DNA of 64,000 nucleotides from an uncultured Phycisphaerales bacterium (GTDB lineage: Bacteria; Planctomycetota; Phycisphaerae; Tepidisphaerales; Tepidisphaeraceae), in contig CAWJPJ010000005.1 in the NCBI GenBank assembly GCA_963844715.1, positions 224,001 to 288,000 on the forward strand, read 5' to 3'. Shown in pieces: positions 62,522 through 64,000 of this stretch (the first letter of the stretch is position 1; each line of letters begins with the position of its first letter). Under the pieces are notes generated by a model, which saw nothing but the letters and a program-made list of their open reading frames with translations, was not told the DNA's origin and made no database searches. A program made the position numbers and the translations under genes.

Positions 62522-63968
62522 ATGAGTGACACCATTGAGCACGGCTGGGGGGATCAGGGCGACGGGACGTTTCGGAACCCCGTTCTCAACTCGGATTTCT
62601 CCGATCCGGATATTTTGCGCCTCGGCAACGATTTTTATCTCACCGCTTCCGATTTCCATTTTGTGGGGATGCAGGTCCTCCACTCGCATGATCTGGTGAA
62701 TTGGAAAATCGTCGGGCAAATATTCAATCGGCTTTCGATGGACCAGAAGTACGACCAGATGCGCGGGTATGGTCAGGGAACCTGGGCTCCGGCTTGGGGG
62801 TATCACGACGGCCGGTTTTTTGTTTATGTGTGCACGCCGTTCGAGGGGCTGTTCATGTGGCACGCCGATGACCCGGCGGGAAAATGGTCGGAAATGGTAA
62901 CCGTGAATAAAGTGCAGCGATGGGAAGACCCATGCCCCTTCTGGAATGACGATGGGCAGGCGTATCTCATCCACAGCCACAAAGGCGCGGGCCCGCTGAT
63001 TCTGCACAAGATGAGTCCCGACGGGTTTCGATTGCTCGATGAAGGCGTCGAGATTTATCGGGGCCCCACGGCCGAGGGACCAAAACTCAAAAAACGCAAC
63101 GGCTGGTATTTTATCTTTCTTCCTGAGGGAGGCGTGGCGACGGGTTGGCAGACCGTTTTGCGCTCTCGAAATATTTATGGGCCGTACGAGGCCAGAATCG
63201 TCCTGCCGCCGGGAAGCCCGCATCAGGGCGGCGTCGTCGATCTGGATAGCGGGGAGACCTGGTTTTTAGGATTCAAATCAACCGGACATCTGGGGAGGGT
63301 CTGCCATCTTCAGCCCGTGAAGTGGGGGAGCGACGATTGGCCAGTGTTTGGGGATGAGGGGAACGCCGTCGAAGTTTGGAAAAAACCGGACGTTGGCGCC
63401 ACGTATCCCCCTGAACTTCCCAAGACGAGCGATGAATTTGATTCCGGCGCGCTCTCCCCGATCTGGCAGTGGAATCACAATCCCGTGAACGAGGCATGGT
63501 CTTTAACGGAGAGGCCAAGCTGGCTTCGCTTACGCGGACTCCCCGCCGACCGATTGGCCACGGCTCGAAATACCCTCACCCAGAAATTGTGGGGCGATCG
63601 AGGACGAATCGAAATCCTGATGGATGCCGCCAATCTATCCGAGGGACAGCGAGCGGGCCTGGCCTTCATCAGCGGCGAAGAATTCGCCTGGATCGGCGCG
63701 CTTCGAAAAAATGGCAAATTGCTTGTGAGTTGGGAGGGCGGCGAGGGATTGGAGATTGCACGACAAGTATGGTTGCGCGGGCATTATGACGGAGACGCGG
63801 CAAAGTTCAGTTACAGCGTAAACGGAAAAACGTGGATCGAGTCGCCAGTGACCGCCCAACTAAAATTTGCATGCTGGAAGGGCGGCTCGCCCAGCGATTT
63901 ACTGCTACGGAACCGGCCCCGGCTGGGCAGATATAGATTATTTCCGGTACGAACCAGGCAACAAATAA
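62522..63968 (+). CDS. Glycoside hydrolase family 43 (beta-xylosidase/arabinofuranosidase), frameshift near 3' end
   Basis: Not in ORF track. Manual: WGDQGDGTFRNPVLNSDFSDPD, HSHDLVNW, GTWAP, EDPCPFW, EGPK, PHQGG, WQWNHNP. Confidence 0.9.
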
Positions 63969-64000
63969 TCGAACCGCGGAGAACGCCCACAACGCCAACT

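Overview
GC-rich bacterial chromosomal window, most likely Planctomycetota (Phycisphaerae/Tepidisphaera-like). This is inferred from the long-insert signal peptidase I, the ECF sigma factor with a C-terminal extension, the BlaI/M56 pair and the intergenic repeat style. About 55 genes can be read. They include housekeeping genes (sucD, lpxK, gluQ, rsgA, purF, lepB, mrp), Mn/Mo/phosphate uptake (mntR-mntH, modAB, pstSCA), sugar enzymes (two GH28, GH57, GH43, ExuT-like MFS), a hybrid kinase plus diguanylate cyclase, and three toxin-antitoxin loci. More than 20 genes, including essential ones, are split by single-base frameshifts, which points to long-read indel errors rather than pseudogenes. Coordinates of those genes are reconstructed across frames. 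The standout is an apparent operon at 16935-21528: a membrane protein, a Ser/Thr kinase with a double zinc ribbon, two small membrane proteins and three tandem ESCRT-III/Snf7-like coiled-coil proteins. One of these looks Vps24/CHMP3-like and one is a winged-helix/Snf7 fusion reminiscent of CHMP7. No Vps4 ATPase is nearby. Other notable items are a DUF2946 CxxC/RGPP putative arrest-peptide leader and a membrane-anchored caspase-family protease fused to an unknown N-terminal domain. No rRNA, tRNA, CRISPR array or transposase was recognised. All family assignments are by eye from motifs; no database search was run.
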